A model generated the notes under the pieces. The model saw nothing but the letters and a program-made list of their open reading frames with translations, did not search any database and was not told where the DNA came from. A stretch of 64,000 nucleotides of DNA. Origin: Octopus vulgaris. Lineage: Eukaryota. The position numbers were made by a program, and so were the translations under genes. Below, in pieces: positions 1 through 14,924 of this stretch. Numbering within the stretch: the stretch's first letter is position 1; the number at the start of each line of letters is the position of its first letter. The stretch spans positions 15,748,001 to 15,812,000 of the forward strand of contig OX597832.1 of NCBI GenBank assembly GCA_951406725.2, given 5' to 3'.

Positions 1-421
1 ACGGTATTCCTTGTTTTTTTTTTCGTTTTTGAATGGAACAAGTTCAAAAGAAGTGACTTAATTGCCAAGGGAGCTAATTAGTTCCTTAGGACAGACGTAA
101 GAAGATAACTCCATTTGAGGCTTAGGAAGATAAACCGTTCATATTGAAAGCTACAATATAAAAGAAGAATATCCACTCAAAGTGAAATAAACAAGTAATC
201 CTAAAATAAATTAAAACCAAGGAACCGTTGCAGCAGTGGCAATTTAAGGATTTCTTGCTATTTTTAAAATGAATAATTTATTTTTTTTTAAATTGCATTT
301 ACTCTATTTTCCACGATGGATCTCAGGACATTTTTTTGCTATGTAAAAGACTTGTTTGATCTTTCACTCCTAAATGTAATAAATATAATATATACTACAA
401 TTTCATGGTATACGATCTATA

Positions 422-842
422 AGGCTGCGGGTTGGCAGACACGTTAGCACGCCGAGCGAAATACTTCGCGCCAATTCGTCTACTGCTGCATTCTGAGTTC
501 AAATTCCGCCGACGTCATCTTTGACTTTCATCATTTCGGGGTCGATACATTAAGTACCCATTACGCACTGGGGTCGATATAATCGACTGACTTAATCCGT
601 TTATCTGTCTTTGTTTTTCCTCTCTGTGTTTAGCCCCTTGTGGGTAGTAAAGAAACAGGTATTTCGTCTGCCTTTACGTTCTGGGTTCAAATTCCGCCGT
701 GGTCGACTTTGCCTTTCATCCTTTCGATGTCGATAAATTAAGTACCATTTACGCACTAGAGTCGATGTAATCGAATTAATTTGTTTGTCTGTCCTTGTTT
801 GTCCCCTCTGTGTTTAGCCCCTTGTGAGTGATAAAGAAACAG
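422..842 (+). mobile_element. tRNA-derived SINE family A (Meta-domain-like core), tandem dimer
   Basis: Head GGCTGCGGGTTGGCAGACACGTTAGC, B-box-like GAGTTCAAATTCC and core GTCGACTTTGCCTTTCATCCTTTCG..GTCGATAAATTAAGTACC. The body is repeated from about 661. Further copies at 933, 28445, 38840 and 58243. Confidence 0.85.
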
Positions 843-932
843 ATAAATGACCGACTACAAAGAATTTGTTAAGTACACACACATAAGTGCACGCACATGC
901 ACATATATACGCACACATATATATATATATTC

Positions 933-1059
933 TTTTCTTTTCTACTCTAGGCATAAATCCTGAAATTTTCAGGGGAGGGACAGTCGATTAGATATAACTC
1001 GATACGCAACTGGTACTTAATTTATCGACCACGAACGTTTGAAAGCCAAAGTCGACCTC
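933..1059 (-). mobile_element. SINE family A partial copy
   Basis: Reverse-complement core CTGGTACTTAATTTATCGACC...AAAGCCAAAGTCGACCTC. Confidence 0.75.
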
Positions 1060-2207
1060 AGGTCTTACTACAGTTTTGAAATGTGATAAACACTTGTACT
1101 ACACATTTGAGAATTTTCGTATTTGGCTTCTGAAGCAGAACAAAAGACCCGGCTATGGCAACCAAAAAGTAAATATTAAAAAAATAAAGCATTTGAACAA
1201 ATTTGGACATACGACAGTATAACGTAAAATCATGCTCTTTATAGCATGTAAGTTTTCCTGTCAAAGGTTACCTCTTCTGTGTATGAATACTTAAATTGTT
1301 TCTACACTATTATATATGAAAATATGTTGTCTATTCACTTTCTAACACATGCTAGTCACCGGTATGAGTTGACTTTTTTTCTAAATTTGTTGCCCTAGTC
1401 ATTTTCACAGCAAAACCTTCGTAGTTTCAAGGCCTTTTTGATATGCAGTTTTAATTTCATTATTGTTTTCTGCCGAATGTAGCTGCGTTTGCGTGGTGGG
1501 TTTGAAAATATAATGTATTCTCCGAAGGCATTTGCTACATACATATGCATTAATCTTAGAGACAGATAACAAACTAATTTATTTGCACATTAATACAAGA
1601 GTCTAAGAGTAACTTTGCAAATTTAGCTTTCTCTTTTCCATCCCATACTTCCTATTGTTTCCATTCATCTTCTCTATCTACCTGCCAATCCCTTTCTATT
1701 CATTGAAACCTCCATTATTCCTTTAATTCATTTTATGATTTCCTTCTCTACTTTTCTCCTCCTATGACGTCAATTTTCTTAACAGTGTTTTAACATTACT
1801 AGCGCCCACTCCTAACCTTCGTTTTCCATATATATATATATATATATATTATAGATTATATATTGTAGTTTTTTCATATTTGTAAAAATGACGTATTGCT
1901 TTGAGAACTACTGTTTATAATCTCCTCCTTGATAAGAATTGAAACATTTTCTCACATTAGTCTTCCTCGCTAATTTAATTTATTTTAATGCATCAATCGC
2001 AAGACATGTAGGTGGAATGTTGACATAAGAGATTTAAATAACATCTGGAACGTTTGTCTCTATTTTCCATTATCCCTATGTTCTCCAAAACGCGTGTCAC
2101 TTCTGCGCGGATTTCAAACCAACTCAAGTGTAACTATCAATTTCTTAGACGCTTATGTGACAGTTGGGTACCTTATTACCCCTACTCTGGATCTTTCTTT
2201 TTATATT

Positions 2208-2248
<41 letters not shown>

Positions 2249-2349
2249 AGATAATGGTGTCATTGAGACCAAAACAGCTGTAAGACCTACTATCTATGTA
2301 TGCTATAATATCTATACAACCTTTGTTTTTTATCTCATTTCGCGAAACA

Positions 2350-2401
<52 letters not shown>

Positions 2402-2420
2402 CGACATATATATATATATA

Positions 2421-2463
<43 letters not shown>

Positions 2464-2475
2464 TATGCATATATT

Positions 2476-2506
<31 letters not shown>

Positions 2507-4799
2507 GTGTGTGTTTGTGTGTGTGTTTGCGTGTGAGTGTAAGTACTTAAACCGATGATGTTGAATATAACTTTAAATTATTGCTGAGGCTTAAAATGAA
2601 ATTACAAAGCAGGTATAGGTGGCAATGCACAGAGCAAGATGCAATATAGTTTATCACCCTAAGATAGCATTGATGAATGTTGAACATCGGATAGAGAACG
2701 ATAAGAGAGTCAATTTATATACAGTTCTGTTATGTGGATTACATTCGTTATGATGTGTGTATCTCGCTTGTTTCCTTTTGTAACATGTATATGATTTAAG
2801 AGTCGAACGATATGCGTCTGTGCTTGTATGCAAAGGTGTATGACTACACGATTACTTTTTAAACATGTATCAGCAACATACTTAATATCTATCTTGCGAA
2901 AGCAACTTTATCATATTTATACAAATAGTTACTGTTTAATAGAATTACTTAAAAACGAAATAGCAAAAATTGTAGCATTATAAGATGTAGAATGCAGTTC
3001 TGTAGCAGAAATTAATATATTCAGACAATAAGAGACACACCACATTGTAGATTTATCTCATAAGTAAAATAATCATATTCAATATTTCAATTACGAATTC
3101 AAAATATTCTAAACATCTATAATATTTCAATTTACTATCTATACATATGTGTGTTCATGCGTATATGTGTGTATCTGTCTCTTCTTTTATATTTTAATAT
3201 ATTTCAGCTCGAAGGTGTAGCCATGCTGGAGCAAATATATACATATATAGATGTATTACACATTGCTATAAAAGTATTATCATTTTGCTCTGAAAATAAT
3301 TAAAAATCTAGTACATTATAAACTGTTAATTATTTGAGGAGGCATTCATTTGGACTTATTTAGAGATGGTTGGTTGTTACGTTGTTGCTTTCAATGTCTA
3401 TGTTGAATGGTAGTAGGCACCTGAGATTTTATACAAATTTAGAGATGCACTAAATGCAACAATTTTAATTTCATGTTAATTACAAGTTAAGCAAATTACG
3501 TTTAATTACAAGTTAAGCAAATGTTTATTAAGATATGCTGAAAATTTTCACTAAAATTGATGATTACTCTTGGACTTATCTGTGAATAAAATTTGGCAGC
3601 TTTAGTATCAGAGCATGATATTGGGCTTGAAATCTGGGACTGAGAATACGAAACCGCATCCTTTTCGATCGCATCAGCAGGTTTTATTTGTCACTGCACG
3701 TTATTAGCGGGCGATAGTGTCTGGCCATTACATAATATCAAAGACATTTTTAATACGAGGCCAAACAAATCAAATAAATCTATCAATTTACGAATATATT
3801 GAAATTTTTATAGAAAGTGTGTATATGTAAATGTAATGAAGATATTAGCATTTCGTGAAGTTATATTTTTATCAAACGAATTTAAACATCTGAGAGAAAT
3901 TTTATAACTTAAAAGACATTATTGCAAATATTACTGAATATTTGGTGTTGAAAGTGTTCATTTTTTATTTCATTTTCTATGAGAACTTAATATTAACTAA
4001 TAATTGATACCAAAATTATTAAATTCAAATGTTATATATTAAGTTCTGAAAATATGTTCATACGTTTCGCATAAAATTTACATATAAATGCATTTCAGAA
4101 ATCATTTATGCGTAATCAATTGGATTTTTTTCTATTTGTATATCGAACGTAACCTCACATATGTAACGAATGTGAAATCAAAATATAAAGCTATTTGTAT
4201 ACAATTGCTAAACATGCCGAAGAAGTAGCAAAATAATTCTATCAAAAGGTATAATATATTATGAAGGTATCAGAAACTTTCCACGATATTGGTAATTATT
4301 TTACAACTTCGGTATAGTCATTTCTACAGAGTATATTAATATGCCAAAAATTATGTAACGCCCTTCAATAATAGAAACCATATAAATTCATTACTTTTCT
4401 CGAATCTATATACGTTGTTGGGTTGAGATGACCAAACAAATATAATTATATATATTGTCCATGCTTCCACCTTATTTGTAGCTTCTATGAGCAAATATGC
4501 GGCATGTGACCAACCATCCAAGAATAGGTATGAATAACTAAGATATGTGTTTCACAAAATACTGTCAGTTATATCTCCTATATATACCCAAATCCTATCC
4601 ACAAAAGACAGATTTTTAAAAAATTCTTTCTCAATGAAAACTACGTGATATACAGTCTCAGTAACGTCCTTTTGTATTCAATTGTTTATGAATAACAATG
4701 TCTGAGAAAAAGTAGTAATTTTTAAAACTCTTGTACTGCCAGGTGACAATTATTTGCCCCAGGTGAATTATTTTTGTTGAGATTATACTATAAAATAAG

Positions 4800-5110
4800 G
4801 TGAGCTGGAAGTACTCATAACATGCCGAGTAAAATGCTTCGCGACGTTTCTTGCATCTTTCGATTTGAGTTTCAGTATTTGCCGACGCATATTTTACATT
4901 TTCGGGCCGATACAATATAAGGTATTTGCAGGAGTTATGATAAAATTTGAAGCCAGTAAGGCAGTACGCTCTCAGACCCATTAGCAAATCCAGTCAAGAA
5001 GTTTAACCGCATTCCGTCTTTCTTTTTTCTTAGTTAAAATTCCACCGAAGTTATTTTTACTTTTGATACTTTCGGGTTCCATACGATATGGACCAGCTGA
5101 TCACAGAGAT
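4800..5110 (-). pseudogene. Possible decayed piggyBac-like transposase C-terminus
   Basis: Frameshifted minus-strand translation ARKCKICV...TQIERCKKRREAFYSACYEYFQ resembles the piggyBac Cys-rich domain; LCDQL lies upstream. Weak. Confidence 0.25.
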
Positions 5111-7970
5111 TGATGTAATTGACATAAACTGTCATGTAATAATTTGAACCCAATATTATATATATATATATATGTGTTTGTGTGTTTGTGTGTGTGTATC
5201 TAAATGTGTGAGAGTAAGTGTGTGGGAGGTGTGCAGCACGGTACGAACAATTGCACATTGCTTCTCCTTACTAATTTAGGCTGCAATGAATATTCACCTT
5301 CAATGAATCTATACTTACCACAGGGCTATTGCCACTTTTTTATTCCCTTTTAAAGTATATCCTACTCAATAAATTTTCTCCCCACAAAGCGGTATACTCT
5401 TGCCACTACAGACAACAGTGAAGCCAATTTACCAGAGCTTATATATACCAAACTTTGACTGCCATAAATAAAGTAAGTCAGAAATGTAACCGTTAAAGGC
5501 ATCCACACAGTGTTCTATGTTGAGAAATTAGCCAACGTTGAATAATATAATTTATCCAACTCCATGTTTTTATTTTACACTCGCTGTATAATTTTACACA
5601 CACGCATCCGGAGATGAACACCTATAGGCATGACTCTGAAAGAAATGATCTTATTAGCACTGACAGTTTTCTCAATAATAAATTAAATGTTTTGTGTCTG
5701 TTATATTTCAATACAAATATACTCTTTTTTATCTCAAACTGAATTTCTACAAGAAAATTTATAATAAATTTTCTCTTTCAATTATATAACGAAAAATTAA
5801 ATATATAGATTATTGCTTGCTCTGAGAAAGCGCGCATTAAGTTTGTTGCAAATCAAATTGATTATTTCTCTTGACATATCCACATTCTGTCAATTTAGTG
5901 TCGACATTGAGATATTTCCAATAAAGCACGCTCTTGAATTCATCAGAGCAGATTTGATTTATTTGGTGTATTTCCCCTCCTTTCCATTATTCCGTATTTT
6001 ATTCCCTTAGTCATGCATTTGCTGTTGTATTTGCTTAAATTAAAGGTCAACATCGAAAAAATGTTAACATCCAAGCGTATTCTTTTATGCTTATGTTTAT
6101 TTTATATTTCTTTATTTTTACGCAAATTTTCACACCTTCCAATGATTGAGAGTATTTATTGCTTTCAGAAGGAATCATTTTGAAGTCCTGCAGTCAATGA
6201 TGAAATTATTGAGTCATTCCGTTTGAAATCAAGTTTTCTTATTCAATTGCTGATTTCAATCTTATCCGATGGAAATGCGTGTGACAATTAGGTAGCACAT
6301 AATAACGTACTGCGGCAAATATTATTCAAATTATATCGTAATCTATATACAATGCGTCAAAATCATCTCAAAACACTTTTCTGATAATAGCTATGGGGTA
6401 ACAAAACATGATCTCGCGGGGGATATAGCAGAAATATTCATACGGATTTTTAAATGATTTTAAAAATTTATTTCGATAAATTACTGCTTTATGTATCTAA
6501 CACTTGTTAAAATATGTTGTCATATTCAGCACAAAATGACATGATGCTTAAATACCCAGGGATTCCAAGAGAGAAAGCACACAAACATATGCATACATAA
6601 ACACATATGACGTCTTTGAGACACAGAATTATTAATACCATACAATGGCGCTTCCACATTTGAAGACACAACAATACAATCACGCACATATATACACACA
6701 TGGACATACAGACACGCGAGCGTGGGATCGAACCTCTTCATCTACGCACCGTACATACACTTTCTCTTCCACACTTACTCCTCTTCTTTCGCCCGTTATG
6801 ACGTTCATCAATAAACAACATATCCATTTCCTCAGCATATACATTTACTACATCGACATGAAGACGGCCCAGAATAGCGTGGATATATTGCGGAAGGGGA
6901 CATCAACGGCGACAAAAGTAGTTAGAGATAATTAAACAACTGATTGATAAACATAATGAGTAAAGGAACAATGAGTTACTTAATTGATAAACGGCTAGTA
7001 AATTGACGAATGGAAAAAGTAGTGATATAGCAACATTGTGTGCGTTTATTTTTGATATCATTGTTGTGTGGACGCCCCAAGACGATGAAGCAGACTAACC
7101 CAATACGTAGATATAGAGGAAAAATTCTAAGACGTTGTAGAGTAGTAGATTAGAGCAGAGACGAGGGAATTAGAGAGCCGAATTGAGTAGAAGGTATCCA
7201 AACGTTTGACATAACAATTATAAACCTACATTGCTCTACATACACATGGTTCTGTGTCTGAATGTGAGCGTATGTGACTTTGTGTGTATGTATTTATGTA
7301 AACATGGGGCGTAGGCATAATTATATATCATTATTACATCAAGCAAAAATAAAATAACATGGAACAAAATAACTTATGATGCCCTAGATATTGCGTATCA
7401 AGTCCTATATTTGGCAAGCCGGAGTCAGTACAAAATATTTCCAGTCAAAGGAAGATGTCATATTGAATGGTCATCCCTTCCAAAAAAAAAATTAATGTTG
7501 CTATTTTGTGAGAAGAAAAATGTTCATGTTGTCGCTATTATTGTGATATTGTATTTATGCTGACCAGCGACAACGCTAATAATGCCGTATTCAACTGAAT
7601 GCCCTGCAGTATTTACAGATGATACACATTATAAGTAGCTCGTTTTCATATTATACTCTTTAAATCGTGCGGTACATTTTGCTGTTCGTATTTCAACAAA
7701 GCTGTCTATTTCAGATAACTAATACAATATTGCTAAGAGTTATATCTCTGATACTTTGTTTGGTGTAAACGAAAAGAGTTCCCAAAAATAAGAATTCACA
7801 TCCTTATTGTATCGAAAATCATAATCCTAGATATTTTGCCAACACAGATTGTCTATTTCTATACATGTATGCATACATACATACATACATACATGCGTAT
7901 ATATACAGATAGATAGATAGACAGATAGACAGACAGCTAGCTAGCTAGCTAGATAGATAGATAGCAAGAT

Positions 7971-8023
<53 letters not shown>

Positions 8024-8156
8024 TGTGTCTGCCTTCCAATTGCTGTTTTTACTGAGATCTCCTTTTTAGTAGAAGAAATAGCTATAACTCTTTGACTGCT
8101 ATTTCTAAATTCGGTATGTGGTAAGGCAATTCGTTGCCAAACCCTTTATTGCTTAG

Positions 8157-8264
<108 letters not shown>

Positions 8265-9687
8265 GCATACACACATACCTAGACAATGCACTCGCAAATC
8301 ACACAGCCTGCAAACAGAGACCCGCACTGAATGAATGTCTTAGGATTATAGAATATAATTGTAACTCCTATGAAAGAAATATCACGGAAATACCAGTCAG
8401 TAGGTTCGAAGTTTCAAAAGTAAATTACTAACCATATGAAGATAAATGTCATCAGAATCTTTAGTGGAATGTCCCAAAATTCCCATAGAAAAAAAGGCTC
8501 CATGAACAGTACATAGAGGGACGCATTTTACCAAATACGACCACCTTTGTAAGAGAAGCCCACATTATGCTGCATAACTTATCAACGTTCAAATTATATT
8601 AGCAGCCTGATATACATGCATGTATACATATAAATAATTTTGGAAAACAATTTTAAATGGAGTCAGCAATAAGGAGTACGTTTTCATGTTTAATTTTCAT
8701 AAACAGACAAGCGTTAGGTGTGGACAAAACTTAAATATATAGTTGTCACTAAACAAAACAAAGGGTACCAAGAGTAGTAAAAGCAAATAATTGTATACAT
8801 GAATTCACAGGGGTTGCAAACGTCCAAAAGCACTAAATCGAGAATTCCCAAGACTGATCACATATTTCCGTAGTCTCTTCAATAACGACTCTTCAGTAAA
8901 ATGCTTTAATGGTGTTTTGGCGATCGCAGCCCTGTGTGCACATATGTGTACATGTAAGTTTATCATGTGTTACAATTTCGAGTAAGCAAACATTCTCTAT
9001 TTAACTGCCTTTACTGTACCGCTATGTTTATTACACACTGTTATGTCGCTTCACACAAGCCTTATAATTTGCTGCTCATATTTTGAATTAATTCACTTAT
9101 ATATTACAGTATATGCATTACGCATTGTACAGTTTCTGGGGATATGCATAAGTTTTATAAATAATCACTAAGAATATCTTTGTACCAGGATATTATTAGA
9201 ATATTCTTCAATAATGAATCTATGAATGTCATCTTCTACATTCGTGTGAAATGATATAATTATTTTATGCAAATCACAAACTGAAATTTTCAGAGTTATA
9301 CCATTGGTTTTACTCACACATTTATAAATCAGTACTAAATTGTGTTACTAAAATTATAATCACTCTTTCCCAGTTGATATATGTTAACGACATCATTATC
9401 AATGTAATACTTAATTGCTAATATTCAGGAAAGTATTTCTGTTTTCAAACATGGCTAATATCCTTGCGTCCGTTTGTATTTAATTTAATCAAAGCACAAA
9501 TGACTTGTAGCTGCATGTGCTAATCCTGTCTCTCGATTTAAATGCCTCTCGCTTCGTCACGTTTCATCAATGAAGTTTATATTTATATATATATATACAT
9601 ACATACTTGTATATATACATATACATATATACTAGTGCGAACACGATATCTTTAAGATAGCGCATTTTACATTGCATCATATATTTG

Positions 9688-9750
<63 letters not shown>

Positions 9751-9779
9751 AGTATAAAGATAGCTTACAACAATTAAGA

Positions 9780-10795
9780 GTCGGAGCAGATACGTCTTCG
9801 CATCTGATATGGAGTACCTGAAGCATTTGTAAACAACATAGTCCCAGAGTATTCACTGTCATCATATGCTAAACCCAGCTACATTGCAGCCTCGTTGTAA
9901 CTATGGCAAACTACGCAATCAATAGTCCTCATATCTTCAAATCATATAGCACCGGGAATATGGTATAGTAAGGGTCTAAGATAGAATATATCTTGTTCAT
10001 TTAGAGAAACAAAATAGATACGCGCAATTGAATGCGTATTATCTTTTCTGAGATGCCACATTCTCTCACTATTATTATGAAAAATTCAGGTAAATCAATA
10101 TGATGTAATGTACGTGAAAATGGGTTAGCTGGTAATTCCCGGTCAAATAACATCTATTCAGTGAGACTGGACTTGTCATGAGTGTAGAGAACATGTTCAA
10201 TATCATCATTGTGAGTAAAGTAAATGTATTGCTATACGGATAAATGAACTGTAAGTTATTGTACTTCAGGATATGGAGCATGTAATTTGAACCCTAAAAT
10301 CCTCTAGACTGCCTCCGATGAAGATATATAGCGGTCATTGATATAATTTTCAATTTCAGTTTTGCGTGTTTGTTGTGCATGGTTTTGTTCACTAATACAG
10401 ACTGTCACCTGATCTTGTCTTTTATGTATTATATTTTCTAATATTTTAAACTCCTTTTACAGATGTACATAATTCTACATTACAATGGCCATCATATTTG
10501 ACTAAGAAAAATGGGGAATATTGTAGTACTGTACGATTATCTAGCTCAACATTATATTTAGTAAATGTAAAACCATTATTTCGGGGTCGGTAAAATGGAT
10601 AGCCATTGTAACTGTGCAATGTATTTTCCTGAAAGTTTTTAAGGAAATGCCGTTTACATTTCCCATCAAGCATTCATGTTGTATTGGGTTTATCTATTCC
10701 ACATGAACCATGTAGCATGCTTTTGTTGACATGCTGAATCGGAGTTGGTAGTCTCTGTTTACTTTAAAGTTCTTCATATACAGACTTACCGTAAT
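9780..10795 (-). mobile_element. Helitron Rep/helicase fossil (downstream part)
   Basis: Minus-strand peptides MLHGSCG..., MLDGKCKRHF..NGYPFYRPRNNG..LDNRTVLQYSPFFLVKYDGHCNVELCTSVK, RYISSSEAV*RI and FYLRPLLYHIPGA..FEDMRT..LGLAYDD match conserved Helitron RepHel blocks. Stops and frameshifts are present. Confidence 0.9.
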
Positions 10796-10797
10796 AT

Positions 10798-10974
10798 AGG
10801 CGCAGTAGTAGCTGTGTCGTAAGTAGCTTGATTACCAACCACATGGTTCCGGGTTCACCCCCCCCCCTGCGTGGCAACTTGGGCAAGTGTCTTCTACTAT
10901 AGCCTCGGACCGACCAAAGTTTTGTGAGTGGGTTTGGTAGACGGAAAGTGTAAGAAGCCCGTCGTATATATGTA

Positions 10975-11022
<48 letters not shown>

Positions 11023-12134
11023 AGTGTTTCTGTACAGTAGAGGTGAGGGGAAACTGTTCAATCTCTCGCGCCTGCGTGCCAAGACCAAAATCAGTAACGT
11101 CCTGATCAAGGAGATGTTATTTGCTGATGATGCCGCTCTGGTAACACACACAGAAGAAGCCCTCCAAAGGCTCATTAACTGTATTGAGCAAGCATGTAAC
11201 GACTTTGGCTTAGCTATCAGCCTTAAGAAGACCAACATCATGGGCCAGGCTACATCGGACATCCCAAACATACATATTGGAGACCACAGATTACAAGAGG
11301 TGGAGAAGTTTACCTATCTGTGCTCTACCGTCACCTACAACCTATCCCTTGACGCTGAGCTCAATATACGCATTGGCAAGGCAGCTGCTGCGATGGCCCA
11401 ACTCTCCAAACGGGCTTGGGACAAAAATAAGCTGGCCAAGACCACAAAAATGAAGATCTACCAGGCATGTGTACTCAGCACTCTACTGTATGGAAGCGAG
11501 ACCTGGACGCTATACACACGCCAAGAGCGTCGCCTAAACATCTTTCAGCTGCGCTGCCTCCGAAAAATCCTCCACATCAAATGGCAGAATCATATCCCCA
11601 ACAAAGATGTCCTCAGGCAAGCAGGAATACCAAGCATGTTTGCACTCCTCACACAAAGACGTATGAGATGGCTTGGGCATGTTAGCCGTATGAAAGATGG
11701 CAGAATCCCCAAGGACATACTCTCCGGAGAGCGTGCTAGGGGTACTAGGTCTGTGGGTAGACCGATCTTACGTTACAAGGATGTTTGCAAAAGGGATATG
11801 AAGGCCTGCAACATCAACATTAGCGGTTGGGAGGCAGTCGCCGGCAACCGTGGAGAATGGCGACGTACAGTAAAAGAGGGTATACAGAGGAGTGACAGAA
11901 AGAGAGAGGAGAAATGGAAAGAAAGGAAGAGACATAAACAAGAGACCATGGCACTACAACCAGCCAGGAACAGTCTTCGCTACATTTGCAGTACCTTCCA
12001 GAGGGGGTGTTTGTCCAGGATAGGACTACACAGCCACAGCAAGAAATGTAACAGGAAATAAAATATAACAGCCGGACTAGACCTAGAAAAAAAAATGCGC
12101 AACTCCATTGTCTCCCGAGACAGAAAGGATGCCA

Positions 12135-12207
<73 letters not shown>

Positions 12208-12470
12208 TGTGTGTGTGTATGTGTGTGTGTGAGTGTCTGTGTGTGTGTATCTGTGTGTCTGTATTTGTGTGTCTGTGTTTGTTCCCCCAACATCACTGGA
12301 CAACATATGCTGGTGTGTTTACGTCCCCGCAACCTAGCGGTTCGGCAAATAAGAACGATAGAATAAGTACTAGGCTTACAAAGAATAAGTCCTAGGTTCG
12401 ATTTGCTCGAGTAAAGTGGGTCTTCCAGAATGGTCGCAGTCAAATGACTGAAACATGTAACAAAAAGAAT
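10798..12470 (+). mobile_element. Composite SINE family B (tRNA/CORE-like head, internal microsatellite, LINE-like tail) carrying an RTE insertion
   Basis: Head 10798-10965 (GGTTCCGGGTTCA..CTTGGGCAAGTGTCTTCT), tail about 12275-12470 ending CAGTCAAATGACTGAAAC. The same head/microsatellite/tail order is seen uninterrupted at 33715-34065 (-). Confidence 0.8.
11018..12138 (+). mobile_element. 5'-truncated RTE-clade LINE (RT 3' half plus C-terminal zinc-finger-like region)
   Basis: Open frame to 12061: GKLFNLSRLRAKTK, LFADDAAL, LSTLLYGSETW, RMRWLGHV, RIPKDIL, GRP.LRYKD, CLSRIGLHSH. 3' hairpin TGTCTC-CC-GAGACA. (TA)n on both sides. Confidence 0.95.
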
Positions 12471-12471
12471 A

Positions 12472-12700
12472 CTGTTCTGGATCTTTTTGTAATGTGAAAA
12501 ACATGACAATGTTACAGACTATGCTTTTGAAACTTTATAGCCCACGTATTCCCTGCAAACTCTCCCAAAACAATATTTACCAAAACATGCAAGAGGTCGC
12601 TAAATTTCGAGTTAAGTACTCTGTGAGTTAAATCTGGTATTTTTGCTGGTCTGTCCTTGATAAATTCGTCTGTGACACCAGTCAAACATTGGAAAATTTA
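12472..12700 (-). mobile_element. Helitron Rep fossil (upstream part, HUH motif region)
   Basis: Minus translation PDLTHRVLNSKFSDLL...LGEFAGNTWAIKFQKHSL*HCHVF corresponds to RPDL..RVF..KL / VIEFQKRGLPHxH. Collinear with the 9780-10795 piece. Confidence 0.8.
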
Positions 12701-13202
12701 ATTATGGAGATATACTTGCATGGCAAGTGCTTTGATTTAAGATCGTGTGCTGAAACAAAATAATTGCAAAGTGGAAGATAATTGTAAGCCTGTCCCCTCT
12801 TCACTACCACACATCATAAGACATTGTTTTATGTTTATTCGAATTTTCTATTTTTTTCATTAATTGACAATTAATTGACATTAATTGACAATTAATTTCA
12901 TTAATTATGTAACAATTTCTATAGCGGAGTGAAGATCGGGCCAGTAAGATGGCGGAGGGGGCACTAGAATTTTGCCACACTGTCATATTCTCTGATAAAC
13001 CAGATTTTCTGTATTTCCTGACAGTGTTTGAGTGTAGGTTTGGAGACTTTGTGATAAAGAATTTGATATGAAAAGATTGAAGCCAACAAAGAAACGCGAC
13101 AGCTACCCTTTGATGCTCTCGGGACCAATTTGGTGCAAAGTTGATCAGAGTTGGTGGAGTGTGAGAGAAAGATAAATTCAGATAAATATTTTGCAGAAAT
13201 AT

Positions 13203-13362
13203 TAGGTTAAAATCTTTATAAGAATTTATCAAGTAGTTACCATGAAAACCCTCATAAGAGAAAACAATCCATCAACTTTTTTCCTGAAATATATTTATTT
13301 TTATTACGTAGAGGCAATTATTACACATAATTACACATAATTTCTACACGCTATGAGGGACT
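13203..13362 (+). repeat. Left arm of a ~150-bp inverted repeat (partner 17011-17160)
   Basis: Reverse complement of 17011-17160 with about 4 substitutions and a 10-bp tandem duplication (TTACACATAA)x2. Confidence 0.95.
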
Positions 13363-13869
13363 GCCTTCAAATCTCTCCAGTGGGGAAATGATAAAAAAAA
13401 ACTTTTTCTTTCATTTATGGAAGATGGGGATTCTTGTCAAAACAGCGAAAATGACTCAAAATTTGTTGGATGAGAATAGCATGTTCCACATCTGTTATCA
13501 TTACACATTTATCCTGTTTTTTTTTTCTAGTAGAATTTACCTAGTTTCCTTAAATTTAACTTTCTTTCATGCTTGGGAAATTTGTTTGGATGACGTTCAA
13601 ATATTGTATATTTTTGTTGTAATGTTTTGCTAGGTAAGATTTTCTCTTATATATATATATTTGCGTGTGTGTGTATGTGTGCGTGTATGCGTGTGTGTAA
13701 ATGTATGTGTGAGTGTGTGTGAGTGTGTGTGTGTATTATATAAATTCAAATATATGTATGTGTATATATAATGATATATCTATGTATGTATATATGAAGA
13801 TAATTTTAATAACTGCGAAAAGCGAAGAGAAAAGAAAAACGTAACGACGTGGCACATATGCACACACAC

Positions 13870-13998
<129 letters not shown>

Positions 13999-14521
13999 TA
14001 TAATAAGAAAGATAAAAACGACAGGACATCTACACCCAAAGAAGACATTAGGTTGAGTGATTTTAACTTTCTTATCATACACCTTTTCCTTCGAAAGTAA
14101 ATGATGAAAGTTTACGCAATATTTATTCGACAGTTTCCAAATAATTAAAGAATTAAATTGCTTTTACATTTCCCATTTCCCAGGGGATAGAGCAACAAAT
14201 TATACAAGATGAATCAAACCAGAATAAAAAGATGAATACGCTACGTTACGTAGATTCGCGAGGGTTTTTGGAGGGGTACGAGTCTTCTTGGCCGCCGACA
14301 CCTAGTGTACGTATCTAATATAGAACATGTGTTCGAATATATTTTAAATCTGATTTCGATTTCTTACCGAATTTTACAATCTACTTATGTTGTGAGGTCC
14401 TATAATATCTTCTTTTTCTGACTGTTTAGATTTTTTCAGTGATATTTTCTGATAGTTTAAGAGAATTTGAATTGAAAAATTTCCGTCCAATGATACATAC
14501 TGCACTGACTCAAGATCAAAA

Positions 14522-14674
<153 letters not shown>

Positions 14675-14707
14675 TGTAAATATATGTATATATATATATA
14701 TTTTCAC

Positions 14708-14759
<52 letters not shown>

Positions 14760-14793
14760 GTATATATATATATGTATATACATATACATATAC

Positions 14794-14838
<45 letters not shown>

Positions 14839-14870
14839 TGTGTGTGCGTGTATATATATATATATGTATA

Positions 14871-14921
<51 letters not shown>

Positions 14922-14924
<3 letters not shown>

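Noticed and set aside
8403-8900. Minus-strand CTGATGA..GAAAC (8403-8460) and CTGAAGA..GAAA (8855-8900) hammerhead-like strings
   Set aside because: Stems do not pair convincingly and the cleavage-site geometry is broken; at most heavily decayed fossils.
10928-11017. N-terminus of the 377-aa ORF as a real protein start
   Set aside because: It derives from the SINE head plus (TA)n fused in frame to the truncated RTE.
12860-12905. Short tandem repeats (TAATTGACA units; also a 21-bp duplication at 3476-3522) as a CRISPR-like array
   Set aside because: No unique spacers, few units and a eukaryotic context; simple slippage duplications.
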